A stretch of 64,000 nt of DNA from a candidate division NC10 bacterium CSP1-5 (GCA_001443495.1 LDXR01000006.1:11059-75058), one strand, 5' to 3'. Positions 53,772 through 62,140 are shown, counted from the stretch's first letter. The notes: a model not told the origin generated them from the sequence alone. Program-made: numbers and translations.

Positions 53772-56700
53772 GTGAAGCTGGTCGATTTCTGCATCCGATA
53801 TCCCGTCACGGTCATCGTCGGCGTGTTGCTCGCCCTCCTCTTCGGGGTGATCTCGCTCTTCCGCCTTCCTCTGCAGATGACCCCGACCGTGGAGCGTCCC
53901 GAGATCTCGGTGGAAACGGTCTACCGGGGAGCCGCCCCCCAAGAGGTCGAGCACGAGATCGTGGACCGACAGGAGGAGAAGCTCACCTCCGTGCAAAACC
54001 TCCGGGAAATGGTCTCGACCTCGTCCGAAGGCCGCGGCGTGATCACCCTCCGCTTCGACTGGGGCGTGAACAAGGACGTGGCGCGTCTCGACGTGGCGGA
54101 GAAGCTGGACCTGGTGCAGGAGGTCCCCCTGGACGCGGAGCGGCCCGTCATCCGGGCGGTCAGCTCGGACGAGGAGACCCCGATCGCCTGGATCATCGTG
54201 CAGACCATGCGGGATATCAACGAGGTGCGGCTCGAGGCCGAGGACGTCATCAAGCCGCGCCTGGAACGAATCGAAGGGGTGGGATCGGTCTTGATGTTCG
54301 GCGGGGAAGAGCGCGAGGTGCACGTCGTCCTGGATTATCAGGCGATGACCGCTCGGGGGATCACCATCACCCAGGTCCGCGAGGCCTTGCTGCGGGAAAA
54401 CCGGAACACCAAAGGGGGGAACATCGACGAGGGAAAAAAACGCTACCTCGTGCGCACGGTCGGCCAGTTCACGGACCTCCGACAGATCGAGGAGGTGGTC
54501 GTCGCCACCCAGAACGGGAGGCCGGTATATGTCCGCGACATCGCCGCCGCGCGGTTCGGCCTCAAGGAGCGAGACCGGGACATCCGCGCCTCGGGCGTCC
54601 CGACCCTGGGCTTCGGCGTGCTCCGGCGGACCGGGGCCAACACCGTCGAGGTGATGAAGGGGATCAAGGGGGAAGTGGCCCACCTGAACAGCGTCTATGC
54701 CGACAAGGGAATCCAGTTCCGGCAGGTCTATGATGAGACCGACTACATCTACGATGCGCTCAGCCTCGTGACCGATAACGTCTATGAGGCCTCGCTCATC
54801 ACGGTGGGGGTGTTGCTCTTCTTCCTGCGCAGCGTGAGCAGCATCCTCGTCATCGCCCTGTCGATCCCGGTCTCGGTCATCGCGACCTTCGTCGTCCTGG
54901 ATGCCCTGGGCCGATCCCTGAACATCGTGATGCTCGCCGGGCTCGCCTTCGCCGTCGGCAATGTGGTGGACAATTCGATCGTGGTGTTAGAGAACATCTT
55001 CCGGCATCGAGAGATGGGCAAGTCGCGCGTCCAGGCGTCCCTGGACGGGGCGACCGAGGTCTGGGGGGCCATCCTGGCCTCCACGCTGACCAACCTGGCG
55101 GTCTTTCTCCCCATCATCTTTGTGAGGGAGGAGGCGGGGCAACTCTTCCGCGACATCGCCATCGCCACGTCGATTTCGACCGCCCTCTCTCTGGTCGTGG
55201 CCCTCACCATCGTCCCGATGATGGCCTCCCGGGTCCTGAAGGTGGGCACCGAGGTCTCGCGGTATCCTCGCCTCAATCGGATCCTGGACGTCTTGCAGTT
55301 GAGCTGGCTGGGGGAGGCGTTCAGCGCTGGCCTCGTTCGCTGGCTCTTCTGGCTGCGCCAGGGGGTGAGGCGCCGCCTTCTCGTCGCCGCCGGGATGACG
55401 CTCGGTTCCCTCGGCCTCAGCTTCCTCTTGATGCCCCCCATCGACTACCTGCCGAAGGGGAACCGGAACCTGATCCTCTCCATCGTGAAGGTCCCGCCGG
55501 GGTTCAACATGGACCAGATCGATCGCATCCTCGCCGAGCTCGAGCAGCGGTACATGCGGAGGCCGGAGATCGAGCGCCTCTTCGCGGTGGTCCGCACCGA
55601 GAGCCCTCTGCTCGGGGTCATAGTAAAGAGGGAGTACGCGGATATCCAAGGGATGCAGCGCATGGTCCGCGAATTATGGCAACTGTCCGGCGGGATCCCC
55701 GGGGTGCGCGCCGTTTTCGTGACCCAATCGCCCCTGTTCCGGCGATTCCGGCAACTGGTGGGCGGGACCAATATCGAGATCGATGTGAAGGGACGCGGCC
55801 TCGACGAAGTGCGGGAGGTCGCGGCCGCCATCGAGCAGCAGGTCCGCCCCCTGCCGGGGGTGAATTTTGTGGACACGAGCTTCGAGTGGGGCAGCCCGGA
55901 ATTGCAGGTCACCGTGGATCGGAAGAAGGCCGCGGATCTGGGCCTCGCGGCAGGTGAGGTGGGCTATGCGGTGGAAACGCTCATCGCGGGGACCTTGGCA
56001 GGGAGATTCCGCGAGGGGGGGCGGGAGCGGGACCTGACCCTTATCGGGACGGCCCGCGGGGACATGCGGACCCAGGGGCTCGACAATGTCATTTTCTACC
56101 CCCCGAAGGGGGGGCCGCTTCGACTGACGGACATCGCTGCCGTCCAGGAGGCGGAGGGGCCGACCAGGATTGAACATATCGACCGTGATCGCGCCATCAA
56201 GCTGACGGTGAACATCAAGGATGAGGTGCCCCTGCAAACCGCCATCGAGACCATCAACAGCCAGGTGCTGTCCCAGGTCCGCCGGCAGCTCCCCCCGGGC
56301 TACAGCATCAACGTCACCGGCCAGGCCCGCGACCTGGATCAGACCTGGGACTCGCTCAAATGGTCCTTCCTGCTGGCGCTCGTCATCACCTACTTGGTCA
56401 TGAGCTCCCTGTACGAGTCCTTCACCTATCCCTTCATTATCATCTTCAGCATCCCGCCGGCGATGATCGGCGGGGTGTTGGGTCTCCGGATCATGCACAC
56501 CATCGAGCCGACGGTGAAGATGGACATCCTCGCGATGCTGGGGTTCATCATCATGGCCGGCGTCGTGGTGAACGCCGCGATCCTGCTGGTCGAGCAGGCC
56601 CTGAACCACATGCGGGAGGGGATGGCGCCCCAGGATGCCGTTATCGAGAGTGCCCGAAATCGGCTGCGCCCCATCTTCATGACCGCGAGCAGTCTCTTCG

Positions 56701-56990
56701 GCTTTCTTCCTCTGATCATGTCGACCGGCCCGGGCTCAGAGCTGTACCGGGGGATGGGTGCCGTTCAGCTGGGGGGCATGGTGGTCTCAACCCTGTTCAC
56801 CCTTATCCTGGTCCCCACGGTCTTCTCCCTCTGGATCGATGCCGAGTCAGCCCTCCTCGCCCTCCGCGGGCGAAAGCGCAAGCGGAAGGAAGCGCCAGGC
56901 GAGCTGGCCCCCGGCGTGCCGAGTCATCAGCCTCCGGAGGCCGTCGCGGCCGCCGTGAGCGATGGCCCGGTGCACCGGGATCGGGACTAA
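53772..56990 (+). CDS. RND efflux permease (AcrB/HAE1-like)
   Basis: 1072 aa with two 6-TM bundles and two large periplasmic loops; FAVGNVVDNSIVVLENI motif. Confidence 0.93.
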   Translation: MKLVDFCIRYPVTVIVGVLLALLFGVISLFRLPLQMTPTVERPEISVETVYRGAAPQEVEHEIVDRQEEKLTSVQNLREMVSTSSEGRGVITLRFDWGVNKDVARLDVAEKLDLVQEVPLDAERPVIRAVSSDEETPIAWIIVQTMRDINEVRLEAEDVIKPRLERIEGVGSVLMFGGEEREVHVVLDYQAMTARGITITQVREALLRENRNTKGGNIDEGKKRYLVRTVGQFTDLRQIEEVVVATQNGRPVYVRDIAAARFGLKERDRDIRASGVPTLGFGVLRRTGANTVEVMKGIKGEVAHLNSVYADKGIQFRQVYDETDYIYDALSLVTDNVYEASLITVGVLLFFLRSVSSILVIALSIPVSVIATFVVLDALGRSLNIVMLAGLAFAVGNVVDNSIVVLENIFRHREMGKSRVQASLDGATEVWGAILASTLTNLAVFLPIIFVREEAGQLFRDIAIATSISTALSLVVALTIVPMMASRVLKVGTEVSRYPRLNRILDVLQLSWLGEAFSAGLVRWLFWLRQGVRRRLLVAAGMTLGSLGLSFLLMPPIDYLPKGNRNLILSIVKVPPGFNMDQIDRILAELEQRYMRRPEIERLFAVVRTESPLLGVIVKREYADIQGMQRMVRELWQLSGGIPGVRAVFVTQSPLFRRFRQLVGGTNIEIDVKGRGLDEVREVAAAIEQQVRPLPGVNFVDTSFEWGSPELQVTVDRKKAADLGLAAGEVGYAVETLIAGTLAGRFREGGRERDLTLIGTARGDMRTQGLDNVIFYPPKGGPLRLTDIAAVQEAEGPTRIEHIDRDRAIKLTVNIKDEVPLQTAIETINSQVLSQVRRQLPPGYSINVTGQARDLDQTWDSLKWSFLLALVITYLVMSSLYESFTYPFIIIFSIPPAMIGGVLGLRIMHTIEPTVKMDILAMLGFIIMAGVVVNAAILLVEQALNHMREGMAPQDAVIESARNRLRPIFMTASSLFGFLPLIMSTGPGSELYRGMGAVQLGGMVVSTLFTLILVPTVFSLWIDAESALLALRGRKRKRKEAPGELAPGVPSHQPPEAVAAAVSDGPVHRDRD

Positions 56991-56997
56991 GTTTTGC

Positions 56998-57027
56998 TTG
57001 ATCGACAGCCATTGCATCCACTAAGAT
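56998..57027 (+). promoter_or_regulatory. Candidate promoter for metF (TTGATC-18-TAAGAT)
   Basis: Motif match in the RND-metF spacer. Confidence 0.4.
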
Positions 57028-57082
57028 GAGCCGCACTTCGCCGCCGCCGGGGCCTCGATAACGGGAGTGCGTATCACTCTCT

Positions 57083-57952
57083 ATGAAAAGGATTAGAGAT
57101 CTATTTCACCATCAAGAAAAGACGTATTCGTTTGAACTCTTTCCGCCGAAAACCGACAAAGGGTTTGAAAATCTGCTGAAGACGATCGCACAGCTCTGTG
57201 AGCTGAAACCCGATTACATCTCGTGTACGTATGGTGCCGGTGGAGGGAATCGGGAGAAAACCTTTGATGTCGTCCAACACATCGAAGCGCGACATCAGGT
57301 CATTGGCATGGCGCATCTCACCTGTGTTCTGAATACGAAAGATGACATCGGGGCGATCGTGGAAAACATTAAGTCCCGGGGAATCAGGAATATTCTGGCC
57401 CTACGGGGTGATCCACCCAAGGATCAGCCGGACTGGCAGCCGACCGAGGACAATTTCAAATACAGCAGTGAACTCGCTGCGTTTATCCGTGCACAGTACG
57501 GTGACTATTTCGGGATTACGGTGGCTGGATTCCCCGAAGGACATCTCCTGTGTCCGGACAGAGACAAAGATGCAGAATTTCTCAAACTGAAGATTGACGC
57601 CGGAGCTGATTTTGTCATTACGCAGTTGTTCTTTGATAACAGGGATTATTTCGCGTACATCGAGAGGCTACGCAAGATTGGCGTTGAAGTGCGGGTGATC
57701 CCCGGCATTCTGCCTATTACGGACTATAAGGCTTTGCAACGATTCTGCGCGGTATGCGGCGCAACCGTCACCGACGAAGTGAAAAGGATGTTTGAGCCGT
57801 TACAGGATGACCAGGATGCTACGGTACAGGCTGGTACTGAGTTTGCCATCCGCCAATGCCAGGAACTCTTGCGTGGCGGTGCTCCTGGGATTCATTTCTA
57901 TTGCCTCAATAAAGTGCATCCCACTGCCGATATTCTAGAGGCGGTGAGATGA
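57083..57952 (+). CDS. metF: 5,10-methylenetetrahydrofolate reductase
   Basis: YSFELFPPKT, TCTYGAGG, LALRGDPP, ITQLFFD motifs; markedly AT-richer than its neighbours. Confidence 0.93.
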   Translation: MKRIRDLFHHQEKTYSFELFPPKTDKGFENLLKTIAQLCELKPDYISCTYGAGGGNREKTFDVVQHIEARHQVIGMAHLTCVLNTKDDIGAIVENIKSRGIRNILALRGDPPKDQPDWQPTEDNFKYSSELAAFIRAQYGDYFGITVAGFPEGHLLCPDRDKDAEFLKLKIDAGADFVITQLFFDNRDYFAYIERLRKIGVEVRVIPGILPITDYKALQRFCAVCGATVTDEVKRMFEPLQDDQDATVQAGTEFAIRQCQELLRGGAPGIHFYCLNKVHPTADILEAVR

Positions 57953-57982
57953 ATTGCCCGCAAAGAAGGTGCGTGGTCCCAC

Positions 57983-58013
57983 GAAAGGGGTCACCGTTCC
58001 GGTGACCCCTTTC
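57983..58013 (+). terminator. Strong hairpin after metF (weak U-tract)
   Basis: 13-bp stem GAAAGGGGTCACC / GGTGACCCCTTTC with loop GTTCC, followed by CTCTTGG. Confidence 0.5.
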
Positions 58014-58039
58014 CTCTTGGAAGGGAGAGGCTGACGCTG

Positions 58040-58080
58040 GTGTGACAACTTTGCAGGGTCGACCCGACCGTCTGTCACAC
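58040..58080. promoter_or_regulatory. Nested inverted repeat GTGTGACA-N25-TGTCACAC with central palindrome GGGTCGACCC (UAS candidate)
   Basis: 8-bp perfect arms and a 10-bp perfect central palindrome, ~150-190 nt upstream of the sigma54-like element. Confidence 0.3.
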
Positions 58081-58187
58081 TGCCCTCACCTTCAGGGTTC
58101 GCACCTTCTATGGATCGGTTTCCCACAGGACATTCGGCCCGATTCGTAGAAGGAATAGTACAGGGTCATTGGCCTGTTTATCCTGAT

Positions 58188-58200
58188 AAATCAATAGGTT
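58188..58200 (+). promoter_or_regulatory. IHF-consensus site AATCAATAGGTTG (WATCAANNNNTTR)
   Basis: Exact match to the consensus ~25 nt upstream of the -24 element. Confidence 0.3.
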
Positions 58201-58219
58201 GCGATCATTTCCTCAACAA

Positions 58220-58236
58220 TTGGTCTGCAGATTGCA
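58220..58236 (+). promoter_or_regulatory. Candidate sigma54 (-24/-12) promoter TTGGTCTGCAGATTGCA upstream of the PilZ gene
   Basis: GG and GC dinucleotides are at the canonical spacing of YTGGCACGrNNNTTGCW; the TTGCA -12 element is exact. Confidence 0.4.
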
Positions 58237-58293
58237 GGACAACTTGTCATGGCCCTGTGGAAGGGTCGATTTCGAGGGCAGTCGGAAAGGGCA

Positions 58294-58728
58294 ATGATGG
58301 ACGACCGTGACGAATTGACGCAACTCGAAACAGTGGCACTCACCGATGTTGGCGAAGATGCTGGGCTGCTACACGAAACGAACGGAGGTAGACGGCGTTA
58401 TCGCCGGTGGGTCATCCGGGGCGGCCTGAGCGGGTGCATCGACGCGGCGCATGGGGCCTCGTTCGTCAATATCAGCCTGGGCGGGGCCCTGATCGAGCAC
58501 TCGAGCATGATCCGGCCAGGGAGCATCGCGTTCCTGACCGTTGCCTTCCAAGGGCAAGAGGCGGGGCTGAAGTGCCGGGTGGTCCGCTCAGAGGTCCATC
58601 GCTACGGCGTCAGGCCTACCGAGGACAGACACCTCGTCTATCGGTCTGGTCTTGAGTTCGTGGACACCTCCGAGGCGTCCCTGCGAGTCATCGACAAAAC
58701 CATCGAATCCTTGAAAGTCGCGGCCTAG
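58294..58728 (+). CDS. PilZ-domain protein (c-di-GMP receptor candidate)
   Basis: RxxxR (RRRYRR) and N-x-S-x-x-G (NISLGG) PilZ motifs. ATG 58294/58297 follow SD GGAAAGGG; ORF-table ATG 58249 would be almost leaderless. Confidence 0.72.
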   Translation: MMDDRDELTQLETVALTDVGEDAGLLHETNGGRRRYRRWVIRGGLSGCIDAAHGASFVNISLGGALIEHSSMIRPGSIAFLTVAFQGQEAGLKCRVVRSEVHRYGVRPTEDRHLVYRSGLEFVDTSEASLRVIDKTIESLKVAA

Positions 58729-58730
58729 TC

Positions 58731-59273
58731 TTAGGCGACCGGTTTACATAAGCCGATTGTGCGAAGAGCGGGCCTCTCTCTCACCGAGTCGGACCAATGC
58801 GTCCAACTGAGCCACAGCCCGAGGACCGCCAGGATCAGGAAACCCTCCCACATGACAGAGTGGGCGAAGTTGAAGGCGGCCGGATTATGCGCGCCGAGGT
58901 AGAACAGGTGCGCGAGGCGCGTCAGGTTGAGCGCAATCAAGAGGGGCACGCCGACGACCAGTCCGACGAGCTTTCGTCGCCAGCGTCCGGGATAGGCCAG
59001 GATGGCCGTCGTGAGGAAGGCAACCGGCAAGAATCCGGTGCAGCGGTAGTAGATCTCGTAGGCAAAGCCGCTCGGGTGGCTGACCACGGTCGCCACCCGG
59101 GTCGCCTCCATTCCTAACCAGTGAAGCAATGCGAGCGTCGCCCGTGCCGTCCACATCGTCACAGGGGCAAGGGGCGCCCCGAGAACGTCCTCACGATACG
59201 TGAGCAGGGCGACGCCCGCAAATCCCACCATCACCGCGACGAAACGGAGATTCAGTTGCCTGGTCACGTGCAT
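58731..59273 (-). CDS. Minimal exosortase/archaeosortase-family transpeptidase (180 aa)
   Basis: Polytopic membrane protein with candidate Cys (YYRCTG), Arg (LNLTRLAH) and His (FAHSVMWEG) in the order seen in exosortases. SD AGGAG sits in the 15-nt gap after the S8 gene. Confidence 0.75.
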   Translation of the reverse strand: MHVTRQLNLRFVAVMVGFAGVALLTYREDVLGAPLAPVTMWTARATLALLHWLGMEATRVATVVSHPSGFAYEIYYRCTGFLPVAFLTTAILAYPGRWRRKLVGLVVGVPLLIALNLTRLAHLFYLGAHNPAAFNFAHSVMWEGFLILAVLGLWLSWTHWSDSVRERPALRTIGLCKPVA

Positions 59274-59288
59274 GGGATACTCCTGAGC

Positions 59289-61112
59289 CTACTCCTCCGC
59301 CAGCCGCGACCGCCTGCGAAGTACCCCGAACAGCAGAACAGAGACCACGAGAACAGCAACCCCGATCAGCGACAGGTCAGGCACTCGCACAGGTGCGGAG
59401 GCGCTGCTCCCGTCGGCCCCCGCCGTTACCGTCGTGTTCCCTTGCGATTCGCCCCGCACCGTGACCTGTGCCCTCCCGCTCGAATCGGTCACAGCAGAGG
59501 CCGGCGAGACCGAGGCCACGCTGGGATTCGCGGTGCTGAATGTGACCGCCTTACCCGCCTGCGGCGCCGCGCCCAACGTGACCGTCGCCCTGGCGGTCGT
59601 CGTTTCGCCCTGGTCGAGCTCCCTGTCGGGGTCCAGCACCAGACTCACGGCTAACTGGGGCCCTCCTCGGACCGCGCTCAGCAGACCTGCGCCACAGGGC
59701 TGGGGACACTGGCTCGATGTCCTGGGAAGGGCGTTGTTTCGGAGCTCGGCGGTGAGCTGCGCCGGGGTCAGCGTGGGGTTCTGGGCGAGATAGAGGGCGG
59801 CCACGCCCGCCACGTGGGGGGTCGCCATCGACGTGCCGTTATAGCGAGCGTAGGTTCCAGCGTTGGGGTGAACCATGCTGAGCACCCCGTCGTTGTTGCC
59901 GTCCCCATCGTCGTCCCGCTGCACGTCCCCGCCGGGTGCCATGATCTCGACTGTCGCGCCGAAATTCGAGTACCGGGTCACCAGGTGGCCGCGAGCGTCG
60001 CTCGCTGCCACGGTGATCACATTGTCGCAGCTCGCTGGGAAGACCTGGGATGCATCCACCGCATCATTCCCGGCGGCCACCACGACTGCGGCGCCCGCCC
60101 CTACCGCATCATTGATCGCCGCCTGGGTGGACGGGGAGGCCGAGCAAGGATTGCCGGGCGGGGTACCGAGGCTCATGTTGATCACCCTGGCCGGCGTCGC
60201 ATTTGCCGGCACGCCGGGGACGGCGAGGCCTGCGGCCCACCGGATGCCGTCGTTGATGTCGGCGATGGTGCCCCCGCATTTCCCCAGGACGCGCACGGCC
60301 TGAACCCGCACGGTCCAATTGGCGCCTGCGACCCCGACGCCGTTGTCGGTTCTTCCGACGCCGATGGTCCCGGCCACATGGGTCCCATGCCAGCTAGCGG
60401 GTTGGGCAGGATCGCCCGGGAAGCACTCGTCCGCGGCGACGGCATCGCCGGGGTCCGTGGGATCGTTGTCGCGACCGCTTCCGTCGTTGGCGATCGCCGG
60501 GTCGCTGATCATGTCAAAGCCGGCGATCAGGTTCGGGGATCCCGCGATGTCGGGATGGTTCGGGAGGACCCCGGTATCGATGACCGCCACAACGATGCTA
60601 CTGCTTCCCGTGGTCGTGTCCCAGGCTCTCGGGAGGCTGATCCCGCCCGGAGACTGGCCGGTGCCGGTGCCGTTGTCGCGGTAGTGCCACTGCTCAGGAA
60701 AACGGGGATCGTTCGGGGTTCTCACGATGCGCAATATATAGTTCGGTTGCGCATACTGGACATTGGGGTCTGCGCGTAGTTGCCGGAGGACCTCCAGTGT
60801 GCGATCCCGCGCCTGGGTGGGCGAGAGGGTCTTTAGGGCGGTCGGCGGGATGCGGTAGAGCAGCTCGCCGCCGGATGTCACGCGCTTGCCGTCCTCGACT
60901 CCGAACCGCTTGAGGTCTGCGGGACCAAGGGTCCGGGCCGGCTTCATCTTCACGATGACCTCTCCAGGGACGAACTGGGCCTGAGGGGGGATGGTCCTGC
61001 GCTCAAGAAGCCTGCGGACCTCCTCCGGCGTGCGTTCCTGGGCCTCTCCAGGGAGAGTGCCGTAGGCCAAGCTTGCCAGGGCAACCATGACTGCCAGTAG
61101 AGAGGTGCTCAT
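59289..61112 (-). CDS. Secreted subtilisin-like S8 serine protease with prodomain, Ig-like domain and PEP-CTERM-like sorting tail
   Basis: Signal peptide; prodomain ending AQPNYILRI; triad VAVIDTGV / HGTHVAGTIG / GTSMATPHVAG; Ig-like repeat; tail VPDLS plus hydrophobic helix plus RRRSR. Confidence 0.92.
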   Translation of the reverse strand: MSTSLLAVMVALASLAYGTLPGEAQERTPEEVRRLLERRTIPPQAQFVPGEVIVKMKPARTLGPADLKRFGVEDGKRVTSGGELLYRIPPTALKTLSPTQARDRTLEVLRQLRADPNVQYAQPNYILRIVRTPNDPRFPEQWHYRDNGTGTGQSPGGISLPRAWDTTTGSSSIVVAVIDTGVLPNHPDIAGSPNLIAGFDMISDPAIANDGSGRDNDPTDPGDAVAADECFPGDPAQPASWHGTHVAGTIGVGRTDNGVGVAGANWTVRVQAVRVLGKCGGTIADINDGIRWAAGLAVPGVPANATPARVINMSLGTPPGNPCSASPSTQAAINDAVGAGAAVVVAAGNDAVDASQVFPASCDNVITVAASDARGHLVTRYSNFGATVEIMAPGGDVQRDDDGDGNNDGVLSMVHPNAGTYARYNGTSMATPHVAGVAALYLAQNPTLTPAQLTAELRNNALPRTSSQCPQPCGAGLLSAVRGGPQLAVSLVLDPDRELDQGETTTARATVTLGAAPQAGKAVTFSTANPSVASVSPASAVTDSSGRAQVTVRGESQGNTTVTAGADGSSASAPVRVPDLSLIGVAVLVVSVLLFGVLRRRSRLAEE

Positions 61113-61190
61113 TGCTTCCTCCTTCCGCTCTTGATAAGCTATTCGATGCCGAGGCCGCTTTTGATTGCGGTAGATATTGAGGGCAAGGTA

Positions 61191-61835
61191 ATGACTATTT
61201 TGCTCGGTCTCGTGCTTCCAGGCATCCTCCTCGGGACCTCACCGGTGTCATCGCCTCGGTTTGTCCCCGGCGAGGTCCTCGTCAAGTTCGTTCCTGGATC
61301 GGACGGAGGCGCCGCCGTCATGCAAGCCAGTCGCGTCAGCCCTCCGGACCTAGGCGCGTTGGCGCAGGTGATCGACCGCTTACAGGCCAAGGTCAATATC
61401 CCTCTCAGGGCAAAGCAGGTGACGGGCGGCCAATGGGTCCTGTTGTCTGTCGATGGGGAAAAGCTGACAGATCAACTTCTCGAGAAACTCCGCGGGCGGG
61501 AAAGCGTCGCGGAGGTCCAACCCAGCGCCGGGAAACCCGAAGCCCATGTGAGCGTCTCGTTGCCGAAAAAGCTCGTCATCAGGTTCTCACCGGGCAGCGC
61601 AGAATCCCAGGCGGTCGCACGAAAGCTGGCAGATCCCAACGACATGGGCTTTTCTCGCCTCCTCCGCGATCTGGAAAAGGCGGTTGGCCTACCCTTACAG
61701 GGTGAGGTCGATGAAGACGCCACGGCTGTTGTGCAGATCGATCTTGCGGCCCTCACCCTGAAGCTCTCCGAGCAACTCAAGGCCCTGGCCGATGTCGAGT
61801 CGGCCCAGCCGAACTACATCTTGAGGATTCAGTAA
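61191..61835 (+). CDS. Secreted standalone protein made of two subtilisin-prodomain-like modules
   Basis: Signal peptide, then FVPGEVLVKF... and a second module ending LADVESAQPNYILRIQ-stop. This mirrors the start (FVPGEVIVKM) and end (AQPNYILRI) of the neighbouring protease's prodomain. Confidence 0.6.
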   Translation: MTILLGLVLPGILLGTSPVSSPRFVPGEVLVKFVPGSDGGAAVMQASRVSPPDLGALAQVIDRLQAKVNIPLRAKQVTGGQWVLLSVDGEKLTDQLLEKLRGRESVAEVQPSAGKPEAHVSVSLPKKLVIRFSPGSAESQAVARKLADPNDMGFSRLLRDLEKAVGLPLQGEVDEDATAVVQIDLAALTLKLSEQLKALADVESAQPNYILRIQ

Positions 61836-61869
61836 CTCGACCTCGCCGGTGCGACCCCGCGATATCCTG

Positions 61870-62140
61870 TCAGGCTTCTTTCACGGCAGATATGGCGATG
61901 AGATTTTCCAGCGGCCTATGGCCGTGGTCAGGGAGACATCGGGTGTCCGGGATCACATCAACGCGCACGGTGTTTCGAAGGACGTGCCGAACGGGGAAGA
62001 CGGTACCCGAGGGCCATGCGAAAGTCAAATCCGTCGCCAGCCCACTCGGAACAAGATCGTCAAAAAGCAAGTTCGGTGCCAACACCCTCCCCTTCCGCCA
62101 TCCGCCGATTGAGCTTGCGGGGGGCGGGCGAATCGGGTAA
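61870..62140 (-). pseudogene. Possible 3' remnant of an alpha/beta-hydrolase gene
   Basis: Minus-strand frame open for ~90 codons with no upstream context. It ends ...LLFDDLVPSGLA...VDVIPDTRCLPDHGHRPLENLIAISAVKEA-stop, resembling a degraded hydrolase C-terminus (Asp, then His, then short tail). Confidence 0.25.

Noticed and set aside
57935-58126. 63-aa minus-strand ORF in the metF-PilZ spacer
   Set aside because: It overlaps the metF terminator hairpin and the inverted repeat, and there is no SD or motif.
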